The notes under the pieces are model-generated. The model was not told the DNA's origin, made no database searches, and saw only the letters and a program-made list of their open reading frames with translations. Both the position numbers and the translations under genes were made by a program. From positions 32,240,001-32,304,000 of the forward strand of contig NW_027362768.1 in NCBI RefSeq assembly GCF_046119375.1: a stretch of DNA of 64,000 nucleotides, in the 5' to 3' direction. This DNA is from Phyllobates terribilis (taxonomy: Eukaryota). Positions 11,991-24,469 of this stretch are shown piece after piece. Positions within the stretch are counted from its first letter, which is position 1. Every line of letters begins with the position of its first letter.

Positions 11991-12389
11991 CACATGGTTG
12001 CCTAAGTGTAGAAAAATATGTTTACACACACATCACTCCCACCATCTCAGTTGAAAATTATAAAAACTTTTGGTTACCCAAGATATTATCACAGACATGG
12101 TTGCAGAGTACACATAGAGAGTATTTTTGTAAAACTGCGCACACGCAATACCTAATACTGTCCCTCATTAAATCTGCGTCCTGTCCCTATGCAAAGCAGA
12201 GTAGAAATAAAATATAAGAATCTTGATCCAGAAGGAATGGATCCAAGTGGAGAAGTAGGTGGACGTGGCGGTATAGGTGGAAGAAGTGGAGGAGGAGGTA
12301 GTAAACACAGTTTTTTCTTTTGGGGGGAGGAGGCCCCCAAATGAAGGGAACAGCAAATAGAGTTGAAGACTGGCTGGGTGTGGCTGATA

Positions 12390-15300
12390 TACTTGTCTAG
12401 TCATCCAAAGGTATGGACAAGTCCTGTGGGATCCACGCCTAGTTCATTTTAAGGAATGTTTGCTTCCCTACGCTGGATGTGGACAGGTGGATGCGTCTGT
12501 CTGTCATGACACCGTAGCCGTGCTAAGCACACATTCTGACAGTACACTTGCTGCAGGACACGCCAGCATCTCCAAAGCATAAAGGGCAAGCTCACACCAT
12601 GTGTCTATTTTAGAGACAGAGTAGTTAAATGGGGCAGACCCATCTTTTAGTACGTGGAGACATGTGGACACATTCTCTTCCACCATGTTGTTGTAATGCT
12701 GACACCACCATCTTATACGGACTGTATCAGATGATGGTGCCGGATGTTGTGGCATGCTCATAATGTTTTGCCACATTTTGGACATACTAACCCTGCCTTC
12801 CGAGGTGCTGGCAGTACCCCAGCCACGTTGGCGACTTCCTCCTTTGCCTCAGCCTTGTTATTTCATTGAGCTGTCAGGTGGGAAAGCAATTAATAGTTTT
12901 TCTACAAGCATGTGCTTGTATTCAGGCATTTTGTGATCCTTCTCCTTTGATGGAAGTAATGATGGTATGTTGTCCTTGTAGCGGGGATCCATCAGGGTGG
13001 TCACTCAGTAATCTGCACTGGTAACAATACGGGCAACTCGGCGGTCATTCTGCAGGCACTGCAGCATGTATTGGCTCATGTGTGCCAGGCTGCCCAGAGA
13101 AAATGACAAGCTGTCCATGGTGGGAGATATATCATCTCGGTACTCTGTATCCCCTCAGCCACACTCCTGGGCTGCTATGAGAGTTCACCCATAATTGCAC
13201 CCCACCAGGCCAGGCTTGAGGATTACCGGCACCAACAATTCATCTTTCTGCTATGTGATCCCAGTCTATAGCTCCTGCGCATTGTGGGATTTTCCCCACA
13301 AACAGAAGAGTTTAAGAACAGTCTGCTGTCGTTTCCCCCTGACTGTGCACAAGTTGGTGGTGCAGGTCTTCCTGTGACCTAATGAGGAGGCGGTGGAGTA
13401 AGAAGAGTAGGTGGAGGATGCAACCTGAACCAATAAACATCCAGCAATACTAGGTGGTGGTAGGGCATGAGCTAACTGTCTTCTGCCTCTGCCATAGCCG
13501 CCACTATACCAAGTGGCAGTTAGGGAGATATAACATCCTTGGCCATGCTTACTGGTCCATGCATTTGTGGTTATATGGACCTTGCCTCTGATGGAATTGT
13601 GCAGTGCTCATTTGATTTGGCCCTCAACATGTTTGTGCAGGACAGGGATGGCCTGCCTGGAAAAGTAGTGGTGCCTGGGAACAACGTACTGCGGGACAGC
13701 CACTGATATCAGTTTTTTAAAACTGTCAATCTCCCCCAGCCAGAATGGCATTTCAAAGTCCAGTCATTTGGAAATGCTGTCATTTAGGACCATGGCTCGT
13801 GGGTGGCTAGGTTGGTATCTCCTCTTTCTCTCAAGGATTTGGATGATGGAAAGCTGAACACTTCCATGTGACAGTGTGGAGATGCTCGGTGACACTGGTG
13901 GTGGTGATGGTGATGCTGTCGCATCCTCTTTTTGCGGGGAGATAGGTGGCCTTGTTGGTCATCAGTGGGAGGAAGAGGCTGAGACCACAGCAGAAGAGGG
14001 AACAGGAGGAGGCTCAGATCGGTCATGCTTTTTAAGTTGTGTATTCCACTGCATCTCGTGCATGGAATTCAGATGCCTCGTCATACAGGTGGTGCTCAGG
14101 TTCAGAACATTTATACCTCGCTTTAAGGTCTGACGGCACAGAGTGCAAACCAACTGTCACTTGACTTGTTGGCAGCACATTCCCTGAAGAAATGCCACAC
14201 CAGGGATCTCTTTTGAGCTGTCTTTAGTGTGCTTATATCAGCAGCGAGGTGGACAGTAGCAGCCGATTTACTGGCTAGGGGCTGCCACTGTGCCTTTGTT
14301 CCCTGCTCCCTCTTCTTCTATGATGTTGTAGCAGCATAGCAACCTCCTCTTCCTATGAACTGCACATGTCACTAGGATGATCTTTGCTCCATGTGGGGTC
14401 TCATACGTCCTCATCCCCCGCATCATCTTCCATCAACTCCTCAACCCTGCCTTCCTTACCATTCTGCACACTGCATAAAGATGCTGCATTTAGTAACTGA
14501 GTTTCTTCATCATCTGACATGTGCTGCGGTGGTCCTCTAACCATGTGCATTAGCCCTCCCATCATCCAACCTAAAAAGTGGATGGGCATCAGTACACTCT
14601 GTCTCTTCCACTCCTGGAGCAGGGGCAGGTGGATGGGCCATGGAAATCCAGCCAGTGGAGTCATCAAAAATCAGAAGAGACTGTTGCATGACTTGGGGCT
14701 CGGACTGCTTGGGAGATTTGCAATGGGGTGAGGTGGAAGACGGATGACTATGGTCCTTAGGTGGCAACTGTGTATTTTCTGCACTGAACCGGGTGGAAGA
14801 TAATGCAAAGGAAATGGAGTCGCTCTCAGCCATCCAATCTAACACCTTTTCAACATCTTGTGGCCTCACTATTCATGCAGCGGTATTCCGGCCTACGAAC
14901 GGACGCATAATGTCCTTTTGTCTGCATGCACCGGAGGAAGGTGTTGTATTTGGGCATGTAGCAGGTACAGAACTGTAGTAGTGGTGGAGGTGATAGTCTG
15001 CCCCTGATACTAAAAAGGGTTAAAAGTTCGTTCCTGAAGTTAGAACCCTCTGGGGATGTAGTTTGGCATGGGTAGGCTTAACCCTAACAGCCAGCCCAGT
15101 AGAGGGAGGGGGAACCGAGTGCTAGTGTCAAGTGCAGGAAGTGAGCACAGTCAGTAGTTGTGCAGTACAGCAGAAACCAGCAGACTCTGTAAGGGCTGCT
15201 AGGGTAGACGTGGGCCTAGAATCCCGGACAGTGGGTCAACAAAGAATCCCTCTGCAAGAGTCTCCCTTAGCCGGCCTGGGAACCTCGAGATTGTCACCAG

Positions 15301-15900
15301 GGGCTGGGGGCACATTCTCTCTGTGAGGCTGCATAAGAAGTTAGGACTCAAGTACTCATAGGCGGAGTGAAATGGGATCCAGATATACTGTCATTGGTGA
15401 GGAAGAAGCTCTAGGCCTAGAGAAGAAAACAACAGAGAAGCTTCACCTAAATCGGGAACCAGGCCTGAAGTTGTATCGGGTACCTGTGGGAAAGATGACA
15501 ACCTGTTAGGCCTTATCCTTTGTACCTGCCTGTAAATGCTGTAAATACTGCCAGTTACCAAGTAAAGCTCTGGCTGTTTTTATGAACTCTGTATCCTCTG
15601 AATGTATTGCTGCCCTTGTTCCAGAAGAGGAATCCCTGGAGTCAGAAGAGGCAGGCTGGCCAGAAGTACTGTAGGTGGGAAGCACCACATATACAGCAGC
15701 ATACCTGAGCAAGGACAGACTTTGTCTGTAGGGTGCCTAAGTGAGCATGGGCTACAGGTTGCCCATGACTACCTCATTTGGGCACCTTACAGAATGACCA
15801 CATCCTCTCCCTGCATCAGCTACACCACCACAACCATCAGAAGCTACACCAGCACCACCATGGCCATGGCCACATCCCTTATTTGATGCTCTCCTCAATT
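12390..15900 (-). pseudogene. hAT-1 transposase pseudogene (many stops/frameshifts; interrupted by solo LTR)
   Basis: BED-finger remnant (CTLCRQTLKRG...CMTRHLNSMH) and hATC motif ELALYALEMLACPAASVLSE; boundaries approximate. Confidence 0.85.
14974..15791 (+). mobile_element. Solo LTR inserted in hAT-1 transposase
   Basis: TGTAG...TTACA ends; 4-bp TSD GAAC/GAAT (one mismatch); AGTAAA polyA-like signal; hAT sequence resumes on both sides. Confidence 0.7.
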
Positions 15901-16560
15901 TTTGAAGTTTATTTTCTAAACACTACTCGGAAAGATGTGGCAGAGGAGTAGATTTATTTATTTGCAACAGTACTAGAAAAAATTCAACAGTTCTGAGAAA
16001 TTATTTCTTTGACCTAGAAATGGCAACTAGATGGCTGATGCAAATTATTTATTGCCCATCCTAATAAAAAACACACACCAGTCCAGAAAAAATCCTTTTG
16101 TGGCCTAGAAATGGCAACAGGATGGCTGATGCTATATATTGATTTGCAAAACTACTAGAGAACACACAGAGGTCCTGAAAAATTATTTCTTTGGCCCACT
16201 ATTGGCAATGAGATGGCTGATGCCAATTATGTATTATTCAGACTATTAGAAAACACACACCACTCCAGATAAATTATTTTTTGAACCTAGAAATGGCAGC
16301 TAGACAGCTTATGCCAATTATTTATTTCCCAGACTAATAAAACCACACACCAGTACAGATAAATTCTTTTTGGGGCCTAGAAATGGCAACAAGATGGCTG
16401 ATGCGATAAATTGATTAGCAAAACTACTAGAAAACACACAGTGGTCCTGGAAAATTATTTCTTGGGCCTCCTAATGGCAAAGAGATGGCTGACTCAAATA
16501 TTTATTTCTAAGACTGCTAGAAAACACACAGCGGTTTCAATGAACAGAACTCCAACAGGC
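15900..16560. repeat. ~115-bp 5' subterminal tandem repeat of hAT-1 (~5-6 copies)
   Basis: CCTAGAAATGGCAAC.AGATGGCTGATGC...AAAACACACAC.AGT repeated. Confidence 0.8.
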
Positions 16561-17254
16561 GTGGGGTTGCAGCGTCCACACAACAGCTTAAAGGACAGTA
16601 CTCACACAGATATGGGTGTTTAAGTGGCTTAAGACTTAAAGGACAGTACTTCCACAAGCAGGGGGGTGCAGAGTAAAAACAGCTGCTTAAAGGACAGTAC
16701 TTCCACATGCATGGGGGTGCAGAGTACACACAGGGGTTTTTAGCACAGTACTACCACTTATATGGGTTGCAGCGTACACAAAGCATTTTTTGGCAGCGCG
16801 CACAGTCACTATCTGTCTCTCACTCCAGCTGTGTCCTATCCCAAAACTAATGAGAGCATAATTGGGGCGGCACTCATTTTCCGGGCTGAGCCGGCCAATC
16901 ACAGCCATGCCAATATTTGGCATGGCTGTGATGGCTCTATAAGTACCCACAGTCTAAAAGCTTGTTGATTGGCTGCGCTGCAGCCCTTCAACAAGCTTTA
17001 TTAGTCAGGAAACAGGACATACAGTAAAAAGCCCGTGTTCGGGGATAGGTACCGGTACAAACCCCAAACTTTCCTGTTTGGGTTCGCTTATCCCTAGTTC
17101 TAATAGAATTTTCCTGACTTTTTTTAGTTGCATGTTACTGCGAAAGCCATGTTGTAAGAGAATGAGAAGTCCTAATATTCTGAACAGCCATGTTAAACCT
17201 TGCAGCCATCGTGTGCAAAGTTTGAGCTAATTAATTTTTGTGGCTAATGAGATG

Positions 17255-19850
17255 TGTTACGCTCACGCCTGGGCTGACTGGCATGAGCATGGTTAGTGAT
17301 CCCACTGGACCATGAACCGAGGACTGCTGCTCATGATTAAGTATCAGCTCGGTCTCACCTAGGTCGCACGGCGGCTCAGACGACTCCGTGAACCAGGGAG
17401 GAACTGAGCAGAGGGACCAGGTGCTACTCCAGGTCAGATCCCGGTCACAGCTGTTGACCCACACCAAGGAATGTAGGAACGGGCAGGCACGGCTGGTGTG
17501 CAGATAGGCGGGTACTGGCAGGCACAGCTGGTATGCAGACAGGTGGGTACTGGTAGTCACGGCTGGTATGCAGTCTGGTATGCAGACTTGCGGGTACTGG
17601 CAGGCATGGCTGGAATGCAGACTGGCAGATACTGGCAGGTATGAACCCAGGCTGGATAGGGACCAGTACAAACTGGGATACAGGAACAGAGCCACGGGTG
17701 TGGTGGACAAGCAGAGCAGAACCGCAGGCGCGAAGGACAAGCAGAGCAGAGCGAAACCGCAGGTGCGGTGAACAAGCAGAGCGAAACCGAAGATGCGGTG
17801 AACAAGCAGAGCAGAGCGCAACCGCAGGTGCAGTGAACAAGAAGAGCAGAGCGATACTGCAGGTGCGGTGAACAAAAAACCAGACAATGTGAACTGAGGT
17901 CTAAGATGGCAGACATACAAGAAACAGAGGCATGTTCACACTAGCAAAAAAGAAAAAAAAAAAAGAAGCAAGACAAAAATATACTCATACCCTACCATAA
18001 TTATATATAAATGTAAAGCAAAGTTGCATAATAAATATAGGGTACTTAGTGAACTATTTTTGATCAAAAAAAGTATACAAGCCGTCCCACCAGCGGCAAG
18101 GTGACCCTAAATTGGGACGGTACCTATACTGCCTATATTAAAAACCTTACTGTATATCAAAGTTGAAGTAATGCATATAAAAGGGTAGACAAATAGGACC
18201 GGGTCCCAACTCCAGACCACCTAGGCCCGTGGTAAGCTACATATATACCAATCAGCTCAACAAAGGGCATGCCACACCCTTAAATTGCACAGAATGCAAA
18301 CAAGTCAAAAAACCAGACAATGTGAACTGAGGTGTAAGATGGCAGACATACAAGAAACAGAGGCATGTTCACACTAGCAAAAAAGAAAAAAAAAGAAGCA
18401 AGACAAAAATATATCTCATACCCTACCATAATTATATATAAATGTAAAGCAAAGTTGCATAATAAATATAGGGTACTTAGTGAACTATTTTTGATCAAAA
18501 AAAGTATACAAGCCGTCCCACCAGCGGCAAGGTGACCCTAAATTGGGACGGTACCTATACTGCCTATATTAAAAACCTTACTGTATATCAAAGTTGAAGT
18601 AATGCATATAAAAGGGTAGACAAATAGGACCGGGTCCCAACTCCAGACCACCTAGGCCCGTGGTAAGCTACATATATACCAATCAGCTCAACAAAGGGCA
18701 TGCCACACCCTTAAATTGCACAGAATGCAAACAAGTCAAAAAACCAGACAATGTGAACTGAGGTCTAAGATGGCAGACATACAAGAAACAGAGGCATGTT
18801 CACACTAGCAAAAAAGAAAAAAAAGAAGCAAGACAAAAATATATCTCATACCCTACCATAATTATGCGGTGAACAAGCAGAGCGAAACCGCAGGTTTGAT
18901 GAATAAGCAGAGCAGAGCGAAACCGCAGGTACAGCGGATAAGCAGAGCAGAGCGAAACCGCAGATGCGGTGGACAAGCAGAGCAGAGTGAAACCGCAGAT
19001 GCGGTGGGCAAGCAGAGCAGAGTGAAACCGCAGGTGCAGTGGACAAGCAGAGCAGAACAGAGCAGAAGGTGCAGGCGGACAGGACAGGGCTCTGTTCACA
19101 TGGAACTGACTGGAAAATACAGGAAGATAGTTAGAACACAGTAGGTAGATATGGAGGCAGGGAAATGGGACAAGCAGAACCAGATACACACAAGGTACTT
19201 ACAATGAAGTAGCGAGTGGACACAAAACTCACAAACAGAAGTACAGAGACAACGAGTTGGAGTTAGGTGCAGGTTCAGACACTGCAGGAAAAGGGAACGT
19301 TCGGACATAGAGACAAACAGGTAATGGGCTAGGATACAGTTCAGACAGGAACTGAACCAGGAACAAGATACAGGAACGAGACTGGGAACTCACCCCCGAG
19401 GGTGGCGGAGACAGACTAGAAGTCCCAGATACAGGTAAAGGGCCTTGGTATACAGCCCCCAGGGTGGCGGAACAGACTAGAAGTCACAGGTACAGGTAAC
19501 AGGCCTGGGTATACAGCCCCCAGGGTGGCAGAAACAGACAATTTACAGGACAGGACCTGGCAACTCAGTTGCAAGGAACACACTGAAGGAAAGTGTTGCT
19601 CAGGCATCTCCTAATTGGTGGAGGGGGTTTAAGTATCCAGTGACTCACAGCAATAGGCTGTGGAGGCATTAGGAGTGCGCACACAGTAACTATAAGAATC
19701 AGGCAATAACTGTGCCGCCACCCTAAGCAATCAGACAAGAGACACAGCAGGTACTGGAGCAAAGTGTGCAGCCTGGCCTGATAGTTAAGATGGCGGTATT
19801 GCATGGTGGGAGGTGGTAAGCCATGCCAGCACGCTGCCAGTGATGTTACA
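17255..19850 (-). mobile_element. LTR-like solo element (Gypsy-type) with internal GCAGAGCAGAGCGAAACC tandem repeats and a nested insertion
   Basis: TGTTAC...GTTACA ends; perfect 5-bp TSD AGATG (17250-17254, 19851-19855); strand tentative. Confidence 0.75.
17876..18865. repeat. ~433-bp unit in ~2.3 near-identical tandem copies inserted into the LTR
   Basis: CAGACAATGTGAACTGAGG at 17881, 18314 and 18745; GCGGTGAACAA on both flanks. Confidence 0.9.
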
Positions 19851-19932
19851 AGATGCAATTCTAAGATCCATAAAATGTCAGCACCATTAGCAGCTATGGT
19901 TAGTATACACAAATGTTAACTGGAGCAGCTGC

Positions 19933-20145
19933 AGGGCAATGTGAGAGTAGATAAGTGGTGTTATATGTTAACAAATAAGTGGTGTTATATGGTAGTAAAT
20001 AGTGTCGTTTTAATTGTGGACAATACAGTTGTCACTATGTTGAGAATTATAGGAAAAACAACATGACCTAAGAGGAACATTGAGATTCATGGATTGTAAT
20101 GGAGTTTGGTGTAATACTCATAAATATTGTCATGTTGTATTACCA
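19933..20145. repeat. 213-bp direct repeat, copy 1 (copy 2 at 22632-22844)
   Basis: Identical except one substitution seen (GTCGTTTTAATT vs GTCGTTGTAATT). Confidence 0.9.
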
Positions 20146-20790
20146 ACATGGACGGAATTTAAAAACATAATCTTGAAGCATTGGGATGTCCTCTCCACTG
20201 ACCCAATTCTCAAACGAATCCTACCTGACTCACCACAGATTATTGCTAAACGCTCTCGTAATTTAAATGACATTCTGGTCCATAGCCATTATGAACCAAA
20301 GGCCCAGAAGACATCTAAATACAAAAATGGCTTTTTTCCTTGCGGTCTATGCAAGGCTTGTGGCAATTTAATCAAAACAACAAACTTCAGAAACCATGAT
20401 GGGTCTCGGACATTTGAAATTCGCCACCATATCACCTGTGCATCCAAGGGTGTCATCTATCTGGCCGAATGTCCCTGCAATAAAATCTAAGTTGGACTGA
20501 CCAGTAGAGAACTCAAGGTAAGGACTCGTGAGCACTGCTTAGACATTGAGAAAGCCAAAACTAACACTAATGACTCCCTTCTTAAAACAATCCCCAAACA
20601 TTTTAAGAGGTATCACAACTGTAATCCTCATTTATTAAAAATTAGGGGCATTAACGTAGTCACTATGGGCATTAGAGGGGGTGATTTACACAAAAGATTA
20701 GCAAAAACCGAAAGTAGATGGATATATCGGTTGGGTTCTCTGGCCCCTCAAGGCTTGAATGAGAGTTTTGGATTTGGGGTCTTCCTGTGA
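20146..20790 (+). pseudogene. Penelope GIY-YIG endonuclease C-terminus with one in-frame stop (20488-20490)
   Basis: FFPCGLCKAC...ITCASKGVIYLAECPCNKI*VGLTSRELKVRTREH...ESRWIYRLGSLAPQGLNE; TAA replaces the Y of the YVG motif. Confidence 0.88.
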
Positions 20791-21544
20791 GTTATATGAG
20801 TTATTTGAGATATATGAGATTTGAAACCGTATATTTGATGTGTGTTGTTTGTCTTGATTTTAATTTTTATTTTTTAATCTTTAGTATTTGGTACCTGGGG
20901 TTTAGCAAATATGGATGGAGATGAGACTGTGATGCGCAGATGCCAACCATTGTTGATGTACGAAACGATGAAGAATCTGGATAGAATAAATTATTATAAA
21001 CCTTTTCTTTGGACTATTTTTAATATACCTTTTGATTGGCGTTTTTGCATCGTCACCCTATAATGTTTATGTGATGTGATTATGGTATAGTCACTTTATA
21101 TTGTCATTGCACTTTATTTTTGTATAAAATTATACATACGTATATCACAATATCAGCATTTATTCATCTGTTTACGTTTGCACTGTCACTTTATATTATC
21201 TACTTTGCAATTAATTTATTTCACATTGTCACTTTATAATGTCTAGGTGTTGTGAGTAACACATTGCCACTTTATAATGTTGACTTTATGTGAGTAATGT
21301 ATAGTCACTTTATGTAGTCATAGCATTCGATTTCCAAGTATATAATTATATATGTACATTATGACATCAGCAATATGTACTTTATGACATCAGCACTTAT
21401 CTATACTTTTTTAGTTCGCACTGTCACTTTATACCACCATCCGTGTTATTAATCTATCAGCTAGATTATTATCTGCTGATTATTTGCACATTCATTCGCG
21501 GTATAAGTATTTAAGCCACATTCGCTTTGAGTTTATGCTTTTCT

Positions 21545-21577
<33 letters not shown>

Positions 21578-22025
21578 TCATTATTATTCTTTTATCTTTA
21601 TTTTTATATATTCTTTTATTTCTATATACACATCTATTCAGCTTCATATCATTCCCCTTTTATTTATTTATTAATTTTTCTTTTATTTGTTCTTATTTCT
21701 ACTTCATTCACTTCATTCTTTATCGTTCCAATCTATGATCTGCTCTTCATGTGGTAAGTGCGCGTGCGCGGACTGTTGCGGCCCCGAGTCCTGAGTACCG
21801 TGGTCTTTTAATGCGGATCACGCCTCGCTTTCACTTACTGTTGGGGACGAGAGCGTCATCCAGCATGTGACCGCTGGTCACGGGACTCCTTTCCTGGATG
21901 CCGCCTCAGTCTTCGCACGCGCCATTGGTTCCACGCTGTTAGCATCATTTGTTTCGTCTCCGCCCACTATCCCCTCATTGGCTGGTTGCCACATAAAAAA
22001 CGAGCACACCCCTTAGTGTGACACA

Positions 22026-22063
22026 CCTCCCGAAGAAGCTAATGCGAAACGTGCGCGTCGGGG
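22026..22063 (+). ncRNA. Minimal hammerhead-ribozyme motif with variant core (CCGAAGA instead of CTGANGA)
   Basis: CCTC-CCGAAGA-AGCTAATGC-GAAA-C-GTGCGC-GTC-GGGG; short stems I-III can pair; lies in a PLE pLTR where such motifs are known. Confidence 0.65.
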
Positions 22064-23221
22064 CAGGAAGCAGGAGTATCTACATTGGTATGGAATAAGT
22101 ACTTTACACTTTACTGTTTAGATATGCCTATGTATTGAATGTACTCATTTAGTATTAGGTGTTGGTGACAGCAGGAGATTTCTATATATTTATATGCACT
22201 GGATCGATCACTTCGGCCGCAGGTGCTGGTCATGCAATTAATAAATAGTGCTGATCTATGCACCTTTGTGCACGAGAACACCAGTATGCTATAGCACTGC
22301 TGCCCTGTTGATTCGGTCCAATGTGTGGCATAAATTGATTCTTTTTGACACTCCATGCTGTTACATATAACACTACTATACCTCTTTCTTTATGATGAGT
22401 GCTTCATCCACAGCATAATTAAATCATTATAAGACTACTCAAGCTTTCCTAAAGATTTTAATATTGTTTCTCCTGCCTCCTCATGTTTGGTACCTTTCTT
22501 TTTTTATGGTTTAATTCTGGATTTTAACGTGTCTAAAATAAAATATTTATTTTAAAATTATTTTGGTACTTCATGTTTTACTGGGTTATTATAATACATC
22601 CTGGTAAAAAAATTCTTTGTGGTAATAATTGAGGGCAATGTGAGAGTAGATAAGTGGTGTTATATGTTAACAAATAAGTGGTGTTATATGGTAGTAAATA
22701 GTGTCGTTGTAATTGTGGACAATACAGTTGTCACTATGTTGAGAATTATAGGAAAAACAACATGACCTAAGAGGAACATTGAGATTCATGGATTGTAATG
22801 GAGTTTGGTGTAATACTCATAAATATTGTCATGTTGTATTACCACTTTCTTTGTTCTAATATATACGTCTTTCTGCAGTATGATGCTATCATGTATACGC
22901 CCTGTGCCACAATATGTAGTTCCTTTGTTTAAGCCATGTATAAAAAGGCTCTGATACTGATGCTCGGGGTCATTCCATGGCCAGACCATCACCAGATATC
23001 CAAGCGTTGCTTTGCTTATCCAGACACCTGTGTCTGTCAGTGTACTTTGCCTGCCTGCATTCTGAACTGTTCTGTTGCGTATCTCTGAATAAACTTCACT
23101 CTCTGCTTCAAAGGAGAATTATCTACATTGTGTTCCTGGCTTTTCCAGCTCTCAGTAAAGACTTTATTACAATGATCTGAAAACAGTTTACACACACAAA
23201 TGATATCCCTTTGTTGTAAAC

Positions 23222-23880
23222 ACAACAAAGGGATATCATTGTTGAAAATTATCAATCAGGAGAAGGGTACAGAAAAATTTCCAAGGAATCTACCATGGAA
23301 CACTGTACAGGCAGTCATCAAGAGGTGGCTTAAATTTAGCATACAGTAGCTTTACATAGAACTGAAAGTCCCTCAAAAATTGATGAAAAGTCAAGAAAAT
23401 TGGTCCAGGATGGTACAAATAGGCCTTCAGCCACATTAAAGGAGCTGCAGGAATTTCTGGCAAGTACTGGTTATGTACTGCATGTGAGAACAATTTCCAG
23501 TATTCTTAATATGTCTGGCCTATGGGGTAAAGTGGCAAAATGGAAGCCTTTTCTATAAAGAAAAACTTCCAAGCCCAGGTGAAATGTTTTGCTAAAGCCT
23601 GCCAAAGCCTATACCAAGACTGCCTAAAGCATATGGGAAAACTTGTTATGGTCTGATGAGATCAAGGTTGAACTTTTTGACCATAATTCCGAAAGGCATG
23701 TTTGGCTCAAAACCAACACTGAACATCACCAAAAGAACACCATACCCAGAGTAAAGCATGGCGGAGGGAGCATTTTGCTTTTCAAACTAGTTTTCAACAG
23801 ATAAAACTAGTGCTTTAGTCAAGGTGAAGAAAAGAATGTTTCCAAATATCAGTCAATTTTGCTACAAAATCCTGGAGGCA
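23222..23880 (+). mobile_element. Tc1/mariner transposase fragment (decayed)
   Basis: QRDIIVENYQSGEGYRKISK-like start; VLWSDEIKVELF-like motif near 23645. Confidence 0.75.
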
Positions 23881-23929
23881 AAAATTAGGAGATTAAACAG
23901 TACATCCACTGTACAAAATCAATATATTT

Positions 23930-24461
23930 TTCTTTTCCCAACAATATGAAGAGCTTCATTAAAAAACTAAAAGATAATGTGGACAAATTTAAAAACTTTA
24001 TTACGCAAGTAAAAAAAATAAAATTTCTAAGAGATAGTATTGATTATAAAATTAACACAATATATGACTGGATATCAAGTTGGACAGTACATACACCAAA
24101 ATCTATTTAAAAAAAAAACACAACAAAGAGAAAAAAATCAATTTCTCTTCATCAGAATTTGATACTTCAGAATCATATCCAGATACCCCAAAAGTGAAAA
24201 AAGTTATATTAGTAATGATGACATAAGGAATGGACAACTATCAAAAAACAGGAGAAACAGAGAAGAAGATGAACTAAGAATGGACAATACAATAGGAAAT
24301 TTCACGAGGAAGAAGAGACAAGAAATGACAACAAGAAAATGAAAATAATAGTATAATTCTTACCCACACTATTTTAAGTATTATCTCAAGGACTAAATTT
24401 TGTCAGAGACCAAAAATTTGCTTTATTCAAAACATTATTGGACGCAAATAAATTCTCAAGG
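23930..24461 (+). mobile_element. Penelope-like ORF N-terminal fragment
   Basis: KIKFLRDSIDYKINTIYDW and LSQGLNFVRDQKFALFKTLLDANKFSR resemble the conserved pre-RT LSKGLNF segment of vertebrate PLEs. Confidence 0.6.
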
Positions 24462-24469
24462 ATGTTAAC

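Larger units (their letters stand above)
10017..17096 (-). mobile_element. hAT DNA transposon hAT-1 (full span, decayed)
   Basis: TIRs TAGAGATGAGAGAACC / GGTTCGCTTATCCCTA; perfect 8-bp TSD GTTCTAAT (10009-10016, 17097-17104); transposase remnants on minus strand. Confidence 0.92.
20146..22631 (+). mobile_element. 5'-truncated Penelope-like retroelement (GIY-YIG domain plus 3' pLTR)
   Basis: Endonuclease remnant, long AT-rich 3' region, CCAAT/TATA-like segment and hammerhead motif. Confidence 0.85.

Noticed and set aside
14970-14973. GAAC target shared by two LTR insertions (14970 and 34586)
   Set aside because: Other TSDs are TTAG, TCTG and TATA and the families differ; too few sites to claim target preference
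17231-19189. Long Cys/Ser-rich ORFs
   Set aside because: Low-complexity tandem repeats inside the LTR; no gag/pol motifs
22845-23175. Possible ERV LTR (TATAAAAA near 22940, AATAAA near 23088)
   Set aside because: No 5' terminus with a matching TSD could be found
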